Positions 23,690 through 36,915 of a DNA stretch of 64,000 nt are shown here, in pieces. Below the pieces are notes generated by a model. That model was not told the origin of the DNA and searched no databases. It saw nothing but the letters and a program-made list of their open reading frames with translations. How positions within the stretch are numbered: the first letter of the stretch is position 1; each line of letters starts with the position of its first letter. Source of the stretch: Octopus sinensis (Eukaryota); the NCBI RefSeq assembly GCF_006345805.1, contig NC_043009.1, positions 42,222,001 through 42,286,000 on the forward strand. The letters are read 5' to 3'. Made by a program: the position numbers and the translations under genes.

Positions 23690-24968
23690 TCAGGTCATCC
23701 CATAAGTTCTGTCCGAATTTTGAATAAAGAAAACAAGTGATCAAATGTTATATTTAATTTAAATTTAATCATTAATGTACTTTCCCTGATTATCTATGAC
23801 TTCCTTCCATCTATTTACAAGCTTTTTAATCCCATCAATTTAAAACTCTTTCGGTTTCAAAGCGAAGAACTCTGTTTCGACCTCCTCTTTGCTTGCGAAA
23901 GTTATGTCCCCAAATTATTCTGTAAACTACGAAACAAATGGTAGTCTGAGGGAGCAAGGTCAAGAGGATTAGGTGGATGACGAATTTTTTCCCAACCAAG
24001 CTCTTCGATCTTCTGTGATGTGATCTTTGCAGTGTGGGGTCGCGCATTTTCCTGATGAAACATCACTCCTTTTCGAGTCACTAAAGCGGGTCTTTTTTTC
24101 TTCAAAGCTTGGTTCAAACGCACTAATTACTGATAGTAGACTTGCGCATTGATTGTTGCATTGGTTGTAACAATTCAAAGTGAATTATTCCTTTGCAATC
24201 CCACCAGATAGAGAGAAGAACCCTTTTTCCATGAAGCTCCCTTCCCGGTTGTGGTTGAGCGTTTTTCATTCTACCAAGCCACAGTTTACGACGTTTAACA
24301 TTTCGATAGAAGATCCATTTTTCGTCACCAGTCACAAGTCTATCCAAAAAGGGTGAAATGAGTTCGCGAGAATGGAGAGAAGAGCAGATGCCAACTCGGG
24401 AATTGCGGTAGCTTTCGGATAGTTCATGAGGCACCCATTTTCCAAGTTTAGGAACCTTTTCAAGTTGTTGAAGATGACGACGATGAACAGTTGTACAGTT
24501 TGAACTAAGCTTTATTGCCAATTCTTCAACTGATAATGCAGGATTTTCTTCAAGTAATGCCTCGAGGAGCTTATCATCAAGCTCAACTGGATGTCCTGTT
24601 CGATCTTCATCTTCAAGGCTGAAATCTCCACTTCTGAATTTTGCAAACCATCTTCTGCAAGTACTTTTATTCAAGCATTCTTTCCCATAAACTGAGTGTA
24701 TGTTTTGAGTTGCTTTGGCTGCAGAGTTTCCTTTTTGTACTCATAAAGTATTATGTGCCTTAAATGCTCTTTGGATACTTCCATGTTAGAATGGTTTTTA
24801 ATCAAAGAAATTTTAATTTTATTATTCTGTAAAATGATATTTAATTAGTTTAAATGTACACAAATGCATAAAAATAATTTTTAATTCCATTAGACATTCT
24901 AAAATACTATTAAATTTCATTCAATTTTAAAAAAGGTAAAATCGGACAGAACTTATGGGATGAACTGA
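23690..24968 (-). mobile_element. Full-length (1279 bp) mariner element with a frameshifted DD34D-type transposase
   Basis: 27-bp TIRs TCAGGTCATCCCATAAGTTCTGTCCGA (one mismatch); TA TSD at 23688-23689 and 24969-24970; ATG at 24784. Motifs WVPHEL, TGDEKW, HQENARPH and DLAPSDYHLF. Frameshifts near 24732 and 24155, plus a late in-frame stop. Confidence 0.96.
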
Positions 24969-25137
24969 TATATGTATGCATGTATGTATGTATGTATGCA
25001 TGTATGTATGTATGTATGTATGTATGTATTATGTATGTGTGTGTGCGTGTGTATGTTTATATGCATGTATGTATGTATGTATGTATGTATGTATGTATGT
25101 ATGTATGTATGTATGTGTGTGTATGTATGAATGAATA

Positions 25138-25572
25138 GGTTCAGGAGTGGCTGCGTGGTAAGAAGCCTGCTTTCCAAACATGTGGTTCCGGATTCAGTCC
25201 CACTGCGTGACAAATTGCGCAAGTGTCTTTCTTTGACCGACCAAAGCCTTGTAAATGGATTTTGTAGACGGAAGCTGAGAGCCCGTCGCACATGTGTGTA
25301 TGTTTGTGTATGTGTGTGTGTTTGTGTCTGTGTATCTATATGTGTGTGTATGTCTTTGTGTCTGTGTTTGTCGCCTCCATCACCGCTTGTCACTTGGTGC
25401 TGGTGTGTTTACGTCCCCGTAACTAACCGGTTCGGCAAAAGATGCCGATAAAATAAGTACTGGGCTTTAGCAAAAATATGTCCTGGGGTCGATTTGTTCA
25501 ACTAAAACCCTTTAAGACGGTGCTCTGGCATGGTCGCGGTGAAATGACTGAAGCAAGTAAAAGAATAAAAGG
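25138..25572 (+). mobile_element. SINE family A
   Basis: Full-length homolog. Confidence 0.9.
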
Positions 25573-25629
25573 ATGTATATATATATATATATATATATAG
25601 ATATATATATATATATATATATATATACT

Positions 25630-26255
25630 CTTACGAAATTCTATTCTTGGCTTTATTACGACTTGATGGTCTTTAGTCGCACTCACTATTAGGAAATTTC
25701 CTCCTGCAGAGAAATTTTTAAAAAACACAATCCCTTTTCATTTTGTGGAAATTTGTTTACGTGAATATTGGAAGGACCTGTTATTGTTAAATAATCTCTT
25801 AAATTCTGGTTTACATCTGCCGGCCATATGGCCAGGTCTTCAGAAATGTTAACTACGACTGTATTCGTGAATGAGTCGTGGTTGTGTGATGTTGGCCCAT
25901 GATGTTGTCTTCATTAGGTAATAAGAAGACTTACCGTTTCAGTTCTGCCTTCTGGTGCATTAATATTGCCTTCAACTTGATTCACGGCTTCATCATCGTT
26001 TTCTAAGCTGTAACGGATTTGATCATTGTATTCCTCACATATAATTCGACTAACGACTGTGTTGTCATTTTCTGAATTGTTCATGTTTTCTTCGTCCTCA
26101 ATACGCTGTAGCTTCAAAGTCGTAATGACAAGAAAATTCGTTATCGCATCTCTTTGTTTTTCATTTTCAGCTGCCTTAACCTTGGCAAGGGCTCGTTCCT
26201 GGTTGCCACTCAAATACTTTCGCCTTTTGCCTCTATCTCTGCTTGTACTTACCAT
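25630..26255 (-). mobile_element. Decayed hAT (TTF-type zinc finger/ZMYM-like) transposase N-terminal fragment
   Basis: MVSTSRDRGKRRKYLSGNQERALAKVKAAENEKQRDAITNFL ... EDLAIWPADVNQNLRDYLTITGP ... RRKFPNSE matches the N-terminal pattern of hAT transposases; truncated by SINE and microsatellite. Confidence 0.6.
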
Positions 26256-27449
26256 GATATAAGGGCTTTTTCTATTGCTTCTTTTTGGAAAAGCAAAACG
26301 GCGACAATAAACTGAAATTACAAAACAAAATCGTTTACAATAAAGATACCTGGTACTGAAAATTAATAAATATGAGCATGTATGCATCTTATAATTAAAG
26401 CAAAAGATTTTTATTTTTAAAAGCCTGGGAGTAAGAAGAATAGCGCAGGGTGCAAAAGAACAAGAAATATAAATATTCTCTGTGATAATGAGGTAAAAGC
26501 TAGTTGATTTAATATGTAAACCTTAGATCAGCTTATAACCCCGTTTGTCTTTTACAGTCAAACTTAAGACTTCAAGTTTGCAGTTTGACAAGCAAAGTAA
26601 ATGGTGATGATAAACTGGAAATTAAAAAACAAAAATCCAACATCAAAAAAATACATTGAAAACATAGATAAACAGGTTCTGATTGAATAGTTCCACTACA
26701 TTCACAGTATCAAGAAACATCGTACACACTGGACATTCATTAATTCTTTGACTGCTTCAATTAAAATTGGAGCATTCCCTCAAAAATGCTATTCACTAAT
26801 TTCTTTATTTAGTTACATCGTATTTTCTTGGAAAACGCTTTTACTAAAATAATTTTCTTATTTTCTTACCAAAACAGAGCTGGCATTTTCCAAAATCATC
26901 GAAAACAAACCAATTTGGCGATGTTGATTATTTCACGCTATTACGCCAAGTATTGGCATTCTATCTTTATAAAAAATCTATCTATATACATATTGATTAG
27001 CAAAAATTATTGATATATCTAAGAAACAATAAATACATAACTTTGAACAAAATAACTTAAGGAAAATGACCGTAGGAAAATGACTCGGAGTAATCGTTAG
27101 CGTAACTTGCCCTTCGGTTCTTGTTGAGATAACTGAGCTGGGCTGATTATGACTCCCGGGCTGTCAGACGTTGTCAGGCACTAATTTCGCAGAAAATAAA
27201 TATCGCAGTTTAATAAAGCATTTTTCTAAAGCCATGTAGTAAATCCTCTTGTCGCACGGAAAGATAAAAGAATTGTGTGGATATTTTCTGGTGTACGCAG
27301 TCAAACGGTTTAATTCATCATGGCTTTCTCCGCTAAAGCATGTGTACGGAGGCCAGTTTGAACAAATCTGGTGTGGGACACAATTTGAACAAATCTATTT
27401 AATAGACTTAAAAAGCCCTGCCTGCTAATCGCTAATTAATATTTAGACG

Positions 27450-27818
27450 TTGCTGTGCGGCAAGAAGCTTGCTTCTCAATCACATGGTTCCGGGTTCCGC
27501 CCCACTGCGTGGCACCTTGGGCAAGTGTCTTTTACTATAGCCTCGGGCCGACCAAAGGCCTTGTGAGTTGATTTGGCAGACGGAAACTGAAAGAAGCCGG
27601 TCGTATATGTGTGTGTGCATCTATGCGTATGTGCCTTTGTATCTGTGCTTGTCCTTCCATCATCACTTGACAACCGACGTTGGTGTGTTTATGTCCCCGT
27701 AAGATAGTGGTTCGGCAATACAAAGAATGAGTCCGGCGGGGTCGATTTCTTCGCGATTAAAAACCCTTTATGGCAGTGTTCCAGCATGGCCGCAGTCAAA
27801 TGACTGAAACAAGTAACA
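27450..27818 (+). mobile_element. SINE family A
   Basis: Homolog with CpGs mostly retained. Confidence 0.88.
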
Positions 27819-27883
<65 letters not shown>

Positions 27884-29113
27884 CATATATATATACACAT
27901 AGCTTTTAACTTATCCAGATCATTATCTTACTGTCTTTCTTTCACACACTTTCTGTTGTATTGCTTTACCGCTGTGGCATCAAATTTACCATTTCATCTG
28001 TGATTCATCTACAAGATTTCTTTAAATATTCTGAAAAGAAAATTCTGATATGGTAGTATGCTAAAAAATATTTGTCTGATAATCTTCAATTTCTGATCGT
28101 CAAATTATGATAGAGTTGTTTCATCATTCTTTGAGAAGTTCTGAAAATTTAGTAGGCTTTTACGAATATACATGCTTTTAAGAATATATATATCAACTAT
28201 TTAAACAAACAACAATATGGATATACAAGTCAAATGACAAATAAAAACAATGTTGGGAAGACAAAGAAGAAAAATAAGAAAGAATAAATCAAAAAGAGAA
28301 AAAGAAAATATAACTGAAATCACATAACATAAATTTCTTTTGTGTGTGAATACATGTGTGTTTGCGTGCGTGTGTATATGTGTATGTGTACGTGCATGTG
28401 GATATGTGTGTATATATGTGTATATGCGTGTGAGTATATATATGCATGCATGTATATATATATATATATATATAAATATAATATATATACACACACACAC
28501 AGATATAAATATATATACATATATATTATATATATTATATATATATACATTATATAAATAATGTACAATTATATATATTATATATATGCATTATATATAT
28601 ATATTATTTATATATATATATGTATATGCAATAAAAGATATATATCATATATATGTACATTATATGTGTGTGTATAAATATATATGTATGTATGTATGTA
28701 TGTATGAATGAATGTAACTGGTCATATATTAACACACACAAAATTTAGGGTTACCTCTATTATATCGTAAGCATTTACAAGTTTTTGTCTGTTTCCTTTT
28801 CAGCTTTTCCTCATCACCACCACCCCTTCTTCATCCTCTACACACTCACATAGAAGGAGAAAGAAATTTATGAAATCTCACACTACTGCCCATTCTCCCA
28901 TCCTCACTATAAGTAAACAGAATCCCTAAACATGTTCTATAATTGATAATTTAAGTGATGGTAGTATAATTTCCTATTTAAAATATTGTCTTTTGACTAT
29001 CTTGACTGTAGGAGTTATTATGCCTTTGGCTCATATAATAATTATCAAAGGTATATTCTCTCTCTTATCTCATTCAATGTTAAAATTAACAAAAACAGCA
29101 AAAACCCCATAAG

Positions 29114-29146
<33 letters not shown>

Positions 29147-29155
29147 TATATACAT

Positions 29156-29217
<62 letters not shown>

Positions 29218-29218
29218 G

Positions 29219-29258
<40 letters not shown>

Positions 29259-29781
29259 GTATTTCATGTATAAATATGTATCAATATAGATATACATGTA
29301 TATATAAATAAATAAATATATATATATAAATAATATATTATAAATTAATATATATATATATTTAGAGAGAGAGAGAGAGAGAGAGAGAAAGATGTAAGTA
29401 TATGTATGTGCATATATGTATATGTCTATATTTATATATACATGGATACGTATTTATATGTACATATGCTGTTATGTATGTGTGCATGTGTGTGTGAGTG
29501 TGTTGTTTTTTTTGCATGTGTATTCATGGAACAATATTTATCATGGAAGTCATATATTTGTGTATGTGTGTGTCTTAATGCATGTGGGTGTATACAGTGT
29601 GAGAATAAAGGATTATGTGTGTATATGAAAGTGAGGGTATGTCTATATTTGTATATACATGCTTACATTTAAATTGTGTATACCTTTATTTTTGTTTGTG
29701 CTAGAGTTTGTGTATATAAATTTTCTGAGATATCTGAAAAGCACACCTAAAATTTCATATAATGATGATTATGATAAATAT

Positions 29782-29868
<87 letters not shown>

Positions 29869-31013
29869 TACATACTTGCATTTATATATATATATATAGT
29901 CATATAAAACATATATGTATGTGTCAACGGAGGACTATATTTATGGGTATTTAGCTATATTTTCACATCTACAATCAGGGTGAAAAATTATTAATGGTGA
30001 TGCATTCTGGAAGAACAACTCACATTCTTGTTTTATATTTGTTTTTATTTCATTTTATTATCATTTTATGTTTGTATTTTGCTGTTTTATATCCCTTGTT
30101 TTCTAACCTTGGAAAAAAAAAAAAAAAAATTTGCAGGGAGTTTTTATCTAAAAGCCTTTGCTCCTTTCTCCTCATGTTTATACCTATTCTATCCGTTCTT
30201 GTTTATTTTAATAACAACAAGGAGAAAAGTAAACTGCTTGAGTGATGAAAATATGTATTGATGTGATTTAAACATACATATATATATGTGTTTGTGTTTG
30301 TGTACGTACATGCAACTATGTACATATGTCTGCATATGTGAGTGTATGTTTGTGTGTGTGTTTGTGCATATGTGGAACCATTCTATGCTTTTCCATTTTC
30401 TTGCTGAAAAAATTTTTTTTTCTCCATGTTTTTGTAGCATTTTCTGACTAGATACTCTTGGTCTCTATTCCTCCAAATCAGGCAAAAATCTACAAAAACA
30501 AAACCCAAAAAAAAAATGAAAAAAAAAAAAGAAAGAAAAACACAAGCTTCATTTTTTTTTTTTCATTTTTTTTTTAATCTTTGGAATCTTCATGAAGTTA
30601 GTTCTACAGAATGAATTGGGATTATCTGCAGAAAGTTCCCATGAGGTTCCATTTCATAAGTACTTTTTCATTGTCCATAGATTTTTCTGTCCAAAGAAAC
30701 ATTATCAGTCTTAGATAAATTCACATAAATATTATATATTGTACGTGGAAGTTCCACGCCAAGAGATATTTTTGTCTGATAAATCACTTGCATGCAGTTT
30801 ACCAAATTTGTTTGCATTTAATCTTTCACGAGATCGGCACTATCACCAACCAGTATGGCCAATCTCCCTCTTCCATAGCATCATGACAATCCTTCACCCT
30901 TTAACTCATAACATCCCGCACTTCCAAGCTGCCAGAATCTTCATCATAAACTGTTAAACACCATCCCTACAGAACACTGGTGGAACAGGGAACAACCACC
31001 CCCACATCACAGC

Positions 31014-31040
31014 TCATAACCCCACCATCACCACCATCAC

Positions 31041-31079
<39 letters not shown>

Positions 31080-31310
31080 AACCACCACAATCATCATAAC
31101 TGCTATCACCACCATCAACTCCATCATCATCACCCTAACCATCATCATCATCATCATTATCATCATCGTCATCATCATCATCATCATCATCATCATAACC
31201 ACCACAATCATCATAACTGCTATCACCACCATCAACTCCATCATCATCATCCTAACCATCATCATTATCATCATCGTCATCATCATCATTATCATCACTA
31301 TCATCGCCAA
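31014..31310. repeat. Degenerate (ATC)n tract containing a 117-bp higher-order duplication
   Basis: ATAACCACCACAATCATCATAACTGCTATCACCACCATCAACTCC occurs at 31078 and 31195. Confidence 0.9.
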
Positions 31311-31917
31311 TAGTTAACCTAATGAGTGAAATCGTCAGTTGTTGTTGCAAAGTCTCCTTTGATAACTTCAGAATCAAAGAGCAGTTATTTCCCCTTATCA
31401 GGTAAATCTTGCAATTTATTTATTTATGTGTACATTTATAGTTTGTTTTTTGTTGTTGGCTTGTTTGTTTGTTTGGGGTTTTTGGTTTTGTTTTGTTGTT
31501 TTTTTTTTTGCATTTTAGGGGTGTTGGGGACGATGGCAGTGATAGTTGCGGGGATGTGTTGTTTTACTGCAGACAGAGACCACATTACATGCAACATCAA
31601 TGCAAAGTGCATCTCTGATCTCACCATTTAACACAAACAGAAATATAAAGCAATTTTTTTTCTTACTTCCCCACAAAATAGCAAATTAAACTATATGATG
31701 TCACATTAGACTTCTTTTTTTTTATATATATATTTCATATGTTTTTATTTAGTTTTTTTATTGTTTATTCTTTTTTATTTTGAAGTGGTAGGGTAACATA
31801 GGAAAGAAACAATTTTTTCCTAATTATGGCCAATGAGTTACTATGACTGCTTCTTTCATTGGCTGATAATATTTATTTATTTAATTATTCATATTTTTAT
31901 TCATTCATTCATTTCCT

Positions 31918-31948
<31 letters not shown>

Positions 31949-32616
31949 TTTTATTTTATTTCCAAATGGGACATAAATGTGTATCTATAAAGATGTTTTA
32001 TAATCTGTGTTTTGAAATAGAAAGTTCTGCTAAGCATTTTGTTCTGTTCTGTTATACCATTTATCTTAAAGGCATCAATAATTTCAATATATTTGACAAA
32101 TAAGCAGAAAAAAAATAATAAAGAAATCAAAAAGAAGTGTTATTTATTGAGACATTTTATTGCGGAATCATATATTAGGAATAAGAGGGGTTTGAGAAAT
32201 TTGGTTAAACTTCGAACAACAAGATAGACCTACAATTATCTTCACATATAATGAGTCATATCAATAGGTGTATGATAGGTCATTGAGCCATAACTATTAC
32301 AGGTATACTGTATCATACTAATGCATCTTCAATTAGACCGAGTCTCATAAAAGACAGGTGATTTAATACACTGTAACTCAACATTACTTTAAAATATTAC
32401 TATACACCAATTTAATATAGTTACACCTTCAGTTACACAGTGCCACAATACACGGCTGTTGTGACACAGATTGTAACTCAATATACGTTAGATTAAAATG
32501 TTAACATTCTTCAAAATCATATAGTTATACCTTCAGCTAGATATAGTATCACAGTACACAAGTGTTGTGACATGGATTTAATTCAACATACATTACTTTA
32601 AAATGTTAATATTCAC

Positions 32617-33635
32617 CATCATCATCATCATCATCATCATCATCATTTAACGTCCGCTTTCTATGCTAGTATGGGTTGGATGATTTGACTGAAGACCAGC
32701 GAACCAGGTGGCTGCACCAGCTTCCAATCTTAATCTGGCAGAGTTTCTAGAGCTGGATGCCCTTCCTAATGCCAACCACTCCGAGAGTGTAGTGGGTGCT
32801 TTTATGTGCCACTGGCATGAGGGCCAGTCAGGTGGTACTGGCAACGGCTACACCCAAATGGTGTTTTTTTTTACATGCCCCCTGCACACCAGCACAAGTG
32901 CCAGTAAGGCGACGCTGGTAATGATTGCGCTCGAATGGTGCTTTTTACATGCCACCAGTACAGACGCCAGTTAGCCACTCTGGCAACGATCATGCTCGGA
33001 TGATGCTCTTAGTGCTCCACTGGCACGGATGCCAGTCATCGAATTTTATTTCGATTTCGATTTCACTTGCCTCAACAGGTCTTCGCAAGCAGTGTTCAAT
33101 GAAGGGAAGGTATGCATAAGTGGGCTGGTTACACTCCTGGCCTAGGCCACAAGGTTATGATCTCATTTGACTTGCCGGGTCTTCTCAAGCACAGCATATT
33201 TCCAAAAGTCTCTGTCATTAGTCATTGCCTCGGTGAGGCCTAATTTTCGAAGGTCATGCTTCACCACTTCATCCCTGGTCTTCCTGGGTCTACCTCTTCC
33301 ACAGGTTCCCTCAACCACTAGGGTATGGCATTTTTTCACACAGCTATCCTCATCCATTCTCACCACATGACCATACTAGTGCAGTCTTCTCTCTTGCACA
33401 CTACATCTGATGCTTCTTAGGTCCAACTTTTCTCTCAAGGTACTTACACTCTATCGAGTATGCACACTGACATTACCCATCCGCCGGATCATACTGGCTT
33501 CATTCCTTGCAAGCTTATGCATGTCCTCAGCAGTCACAGCCCATGTTTCACTGCCATTTAGCATGGCTGTTCGCACACATGTGTCATACAGTCTACCTTT
33601 TACTCTGAGTGAGAGTCCCTTTGTCACAAGCCGAG
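32617..33635 (-). mobile_element. 5'-truncated RTE-clade LINE (ORF2 C-terminus, 3' UTR, (GAT)n tail)
   Basis: Minus strand reads KGRLYDTCVRTAMLNGSETWAV...RRLH*YGHVVRMDEDSCVKKC...GTCGRGRPRKTRDEVVKHDLRKLGLTEAMTNDRDFWKYAV. Confidence 0.92.
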
Positions 33636-33861
33636 GTATTCACCAATATCATATAATTACACCTTCAGTTACACTGAGACTGTTTCTATGTGGTCAAGTG
33701 ACAACTCTGTGACTCTTTCTACTGTTATTTCTGTTTTAACTCTTGCTGCTGCTTAAGCCCAGGACTTTTGTTCAGCAAAAGCAAACCTGTGTTCAACTAA
33801 AGTCTATGACCAACAGTCCTAAAGTACATGCTTTTTTAGGTACATGTGTTTTTAGGTGCAA

Positions 33862-34015
33862 ATATGTCAGTGTGGTAAGAAGTTAGTTTCTTGACCACTT
33901 GGTTTCAAGTTCAGTCCCACTGGGCAACACTCTGAACAAGTGTCTACCACTATAACTCTGGGCTGGCCAAAGCCTTGTTTGTAGATTTGCTAGATGGAAA
34001 CTAAAAGAAGCTCTT
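33862..34015 (+). mobile_element. SINE family A 5' half, heavily CpG-decayed
   Basis: Head and core homology; interrupted by the MITE at 34020. Confidence 0.75.
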
Positions 34016-34019
34016 CATA

Positions 34020-34235
34020 CAGGGTGGCCCAAAAGTAGGTTTACAGTTATTCAACTGTCTCTTTCACATTCATATATTAACAGTTTAGATCTTAATTATA
34101 AAAAAATATGAAACGCTTAATTTTGTCAAGCTCCCTTTTCAGTTTGTAAGATAGAAATTTAAATGTAATAAAATGTTTTAAAGGAAATTTAATGTGCCTA
34201 TGTGATAACTGTAAACCTACTTTTGGACCACTTTA
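34020..34235. mobile_element. 216-bp Tc1/mariner-type MITE
   Basis: 31-bp TIR CAGGGTGGCCCAAAAGTAGGTTTACAGTTAT (27/31 match at the right end); TA on the left. Inverted homolog at 50024-50243. Confidence 0.85.
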
Positions 34236-34250
34236 CATATATGTAAGCAT

Positions 34251-34322
<72 letters not shown>

Positions 34323-34424
34323 ATGTATGTGTTATAGTCTCCTTGCTTTGACATCACTTTATAAACAAGTGCCACCATCATGCAGGTGATGTCCTTCACT
34401 TTCACTGTTTTTAAGAACATGTTT

Positions 34425-34660
34425 GGTCATGGGGAAATATTCTTTTCTATACTAGTCACACGGCCTGAAATTTTTAGGGAGGGAACCAGTCGATTAGATA
34501 GACCCCAGTACACAATGGTACTTAATTTATCAACCCCGAAAGGATGAAAGGCAAAGTCGACCTTGGCAGAATTTGAACTCAGAACATAAAGACAGACAAA
34601 ATACCTACAACTTAGCAGTTAGCCCGCCATGATAATGTTTCTGCCAGCTTGCCATGTTGG
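34425..34660 (-). mobile_element. SINE family B-type copy
   Basis: ATCAACCCCGAAAGGATGAAAGGCAAAGTCGACCTTGGCAGAATTTGAACTCAG. Confidence 0.8.
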
Positions 34661-34899
34661 TCATGGGGAAATATTACCTGACTTGGAAAGAGATGGGACT
34701 TGACAACAAGAACGCCATTTAGCTGTAGAAAATCTACCTCAACAAGTTCCGTGCAACTCATATGAGTATGGAAAAGTGGATGTTAAAATAATGCTGCTGC
34801 TGATGATGATGATGACGTGCATTTTTAAGGGATCAAAAATGAATGCCCTTTATCTCAACAGAAGTCATAGAATTAGGAAAGAGAGTGTAAATGTTAACA

Positions 34900-35470
34900 T
34901 CAAATCTCTGATGAAGCTACATATCAGAAAAAGTTAGAGAATGCCTAGCCATGGCAAGAACGTCCATGGAAAAGTTTAACATCTGGTTCCGCAAAAGTGT
35001 GCCAAATGAGCGAAAACCAAGGCTAATGTGATCGCCTATTTCGTCAATAGACATCTATAGGGTTATGAAGCATGGACTCTGAACAAATTTGAGGAGGGCA
35101 TAATGTGTTTGAAATGTTGGCATATAGGAGTATGTTATGAGTCTCTTACAAGGATCACTGGCCAAATGGATGGGTGCTACAGCAAGTAGGTGTAAGATGA
35201 ATTGTCTTAAATATTGTGAGAAAGAAAAAGCTCTTCTATTGAGGCCACATTCGCAGAAGCAGAGGTCTGGAAAATATGATCGTGGAAGGAAGAGTTGAGA
35301 ACAGTGGATCAAAGAGGCAAGTAAAGAATGCAATGGATGGACAATAACAGGGACTGGTTGGAGAAGATTGGCAAGGTAGCTGGAGAACTGATGCTTAACT
35401 GGGAAGACTTTTGTTGTGTCATCAATGTGCTGCAGGTGTACTGTACATGTCAGTGATGACAACAAGGATG
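34900..35470 (+). mobile_element. Decayed RTE/BovB-like LINE ORF2 C-terminal fragment
   Basis: Broken frames give LAMART, GYEAWTLNKFEE, NIVRKKKLFY*GHIRRSRGLENMIVEGRVE. Confidence 0.75.
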
Positions 35471-35514
35471 CGATGTAAGAAAGATGTATCTTTTATTTCT
35501 AAGACTACAAGAGA

Positions 35515-36030
35515 CATCATCATCGTTTAATGTCCGCTTTCCATGCTAGCATGGGTTGGACGATTTGACTGAGGGGTGTCAAACCAGATGGCTGCACCAG
35601 ACTTCAATCTTGATCTGGCAGAGTTTCTACAGCTGGATGCCCTTCCTAATGCCAACCACTCCGAGAGTGTAGTGGATGCTTTTACATGCCACTGGCATGG
35701 GGCCAGTTAGGCAGTACTGGTAATGACCATGCTAAAATCTTTTACACATGTCACTGGCACAGGTGCCAGTAAGGCGATGCTGGTAACGATCACACTCGAA
35801 TGATGTTTTTTACATGCCACCAGCACGGAGGCCAGATAGCCGCTCTGGCAACGATCATGCTCAGATGGTGCTCTTAACACCCTACTAGCACGGGGCTCGA
35901 GTGCCAGTAAGGTGACGGTAGTAACGATCATACTCGAATGGTGCCATTTATGTGCCACTGGCACGGAAGCCGGTTAGCCGCTCTGTCAACGATCACACTC
36001 GTATGGTGCTCTTTGCACCCCGCTAGCACA
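35515..36030 (-). mobile_element. RTE LINE 3' UTR fragment with internal subrepeats
   Basis: Homologous to 32640-33050. Confidence 0.88.
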
Positions 36031-36080
36031 TGCAGACAAACTCATTACCTCTGTCTTTTCTTATCAACTTTGAACTTTAC

Positions 36081-36178
36081 TTGTCTTGAGATAAATCATG
36101 GTATTGCTTAACAGTTAAGATTCGACCATTGTCAGCTAGTTCATTTGAATCAGGATAAAACATAATAGAGAATATCTG
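36081..36178 (-). CDS. Candidate internal exon (98 nt) of an unidentified minus-strand gene
   Basis: TTCGTTTCCCAG| acceptor and |GTAAAG donor; open frame QIFSIMFYPDSNELADNGRILTVKQYHDLSQD. No homolog recognised. Confidence 0.25.
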
Positions 36179-36794
36179 CTGGGAAACGAACTATCAACTG
36201 GTGAGAAAGAAGTTTAACACTCTACCTTCTTGGCCAGTTATTAGTCTTCTAAAACATATTTTACAGCAAAATAGCAAAGTAAGGCAAAAGTCAATGGTTA
36301 AACAATGATGCAAACAAAAATAAGAAAATAAAATTTTTTAAATAAAAACTATTATATGAATGGAATGTTTATGAGATATTTATCAATTAAAATGTTTTAA
36401 AATAGCTTTTCTTTTTACTTCAGAAAACAGGAATAAATTGTTACAATTCACCATGTTGTTTTGCATTTTTGATGTTTATTTTTTTTATTTTCTACTTTCT
36501 ATTTATTTTCATCTTTGTTATACATTTTAAAAATTTTTGATTCTTTCATTTTTGCCACCTCTTTTTTTGCACATTTTTTGCACATTTTTAATCTTTGGTT
36601 TCAATCAGTTTCTGAAAGATTCCTCTAAAAGCAAAAATTTCAATAACATTAGCTAGTCTGCAAATAACAAGTTGTTTTCTTCACACTTATTTTTTTTTTA
36701 TATACTTTTAATTATACATCACTCATTCATTTACTTTCCTACCACCTTCTCTCTGTCTATATCTCTCTCTCTCTCTCTCCCCATACACATACAC

Positions 36795-36864
<70 letters not shown>

Positions 36865-36871
36865 ATGTATG

Positions 36872-36915
<44 letters not shown>

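Noticed and set aside
34905-34942. Second hammerhead-like motif (CTGATGAAGCT...AAAAAGTTAGAG)
   Set aside because: It lacks GAAAC and a helix II, and lies within the decayed RTE ORF2 reading frame.
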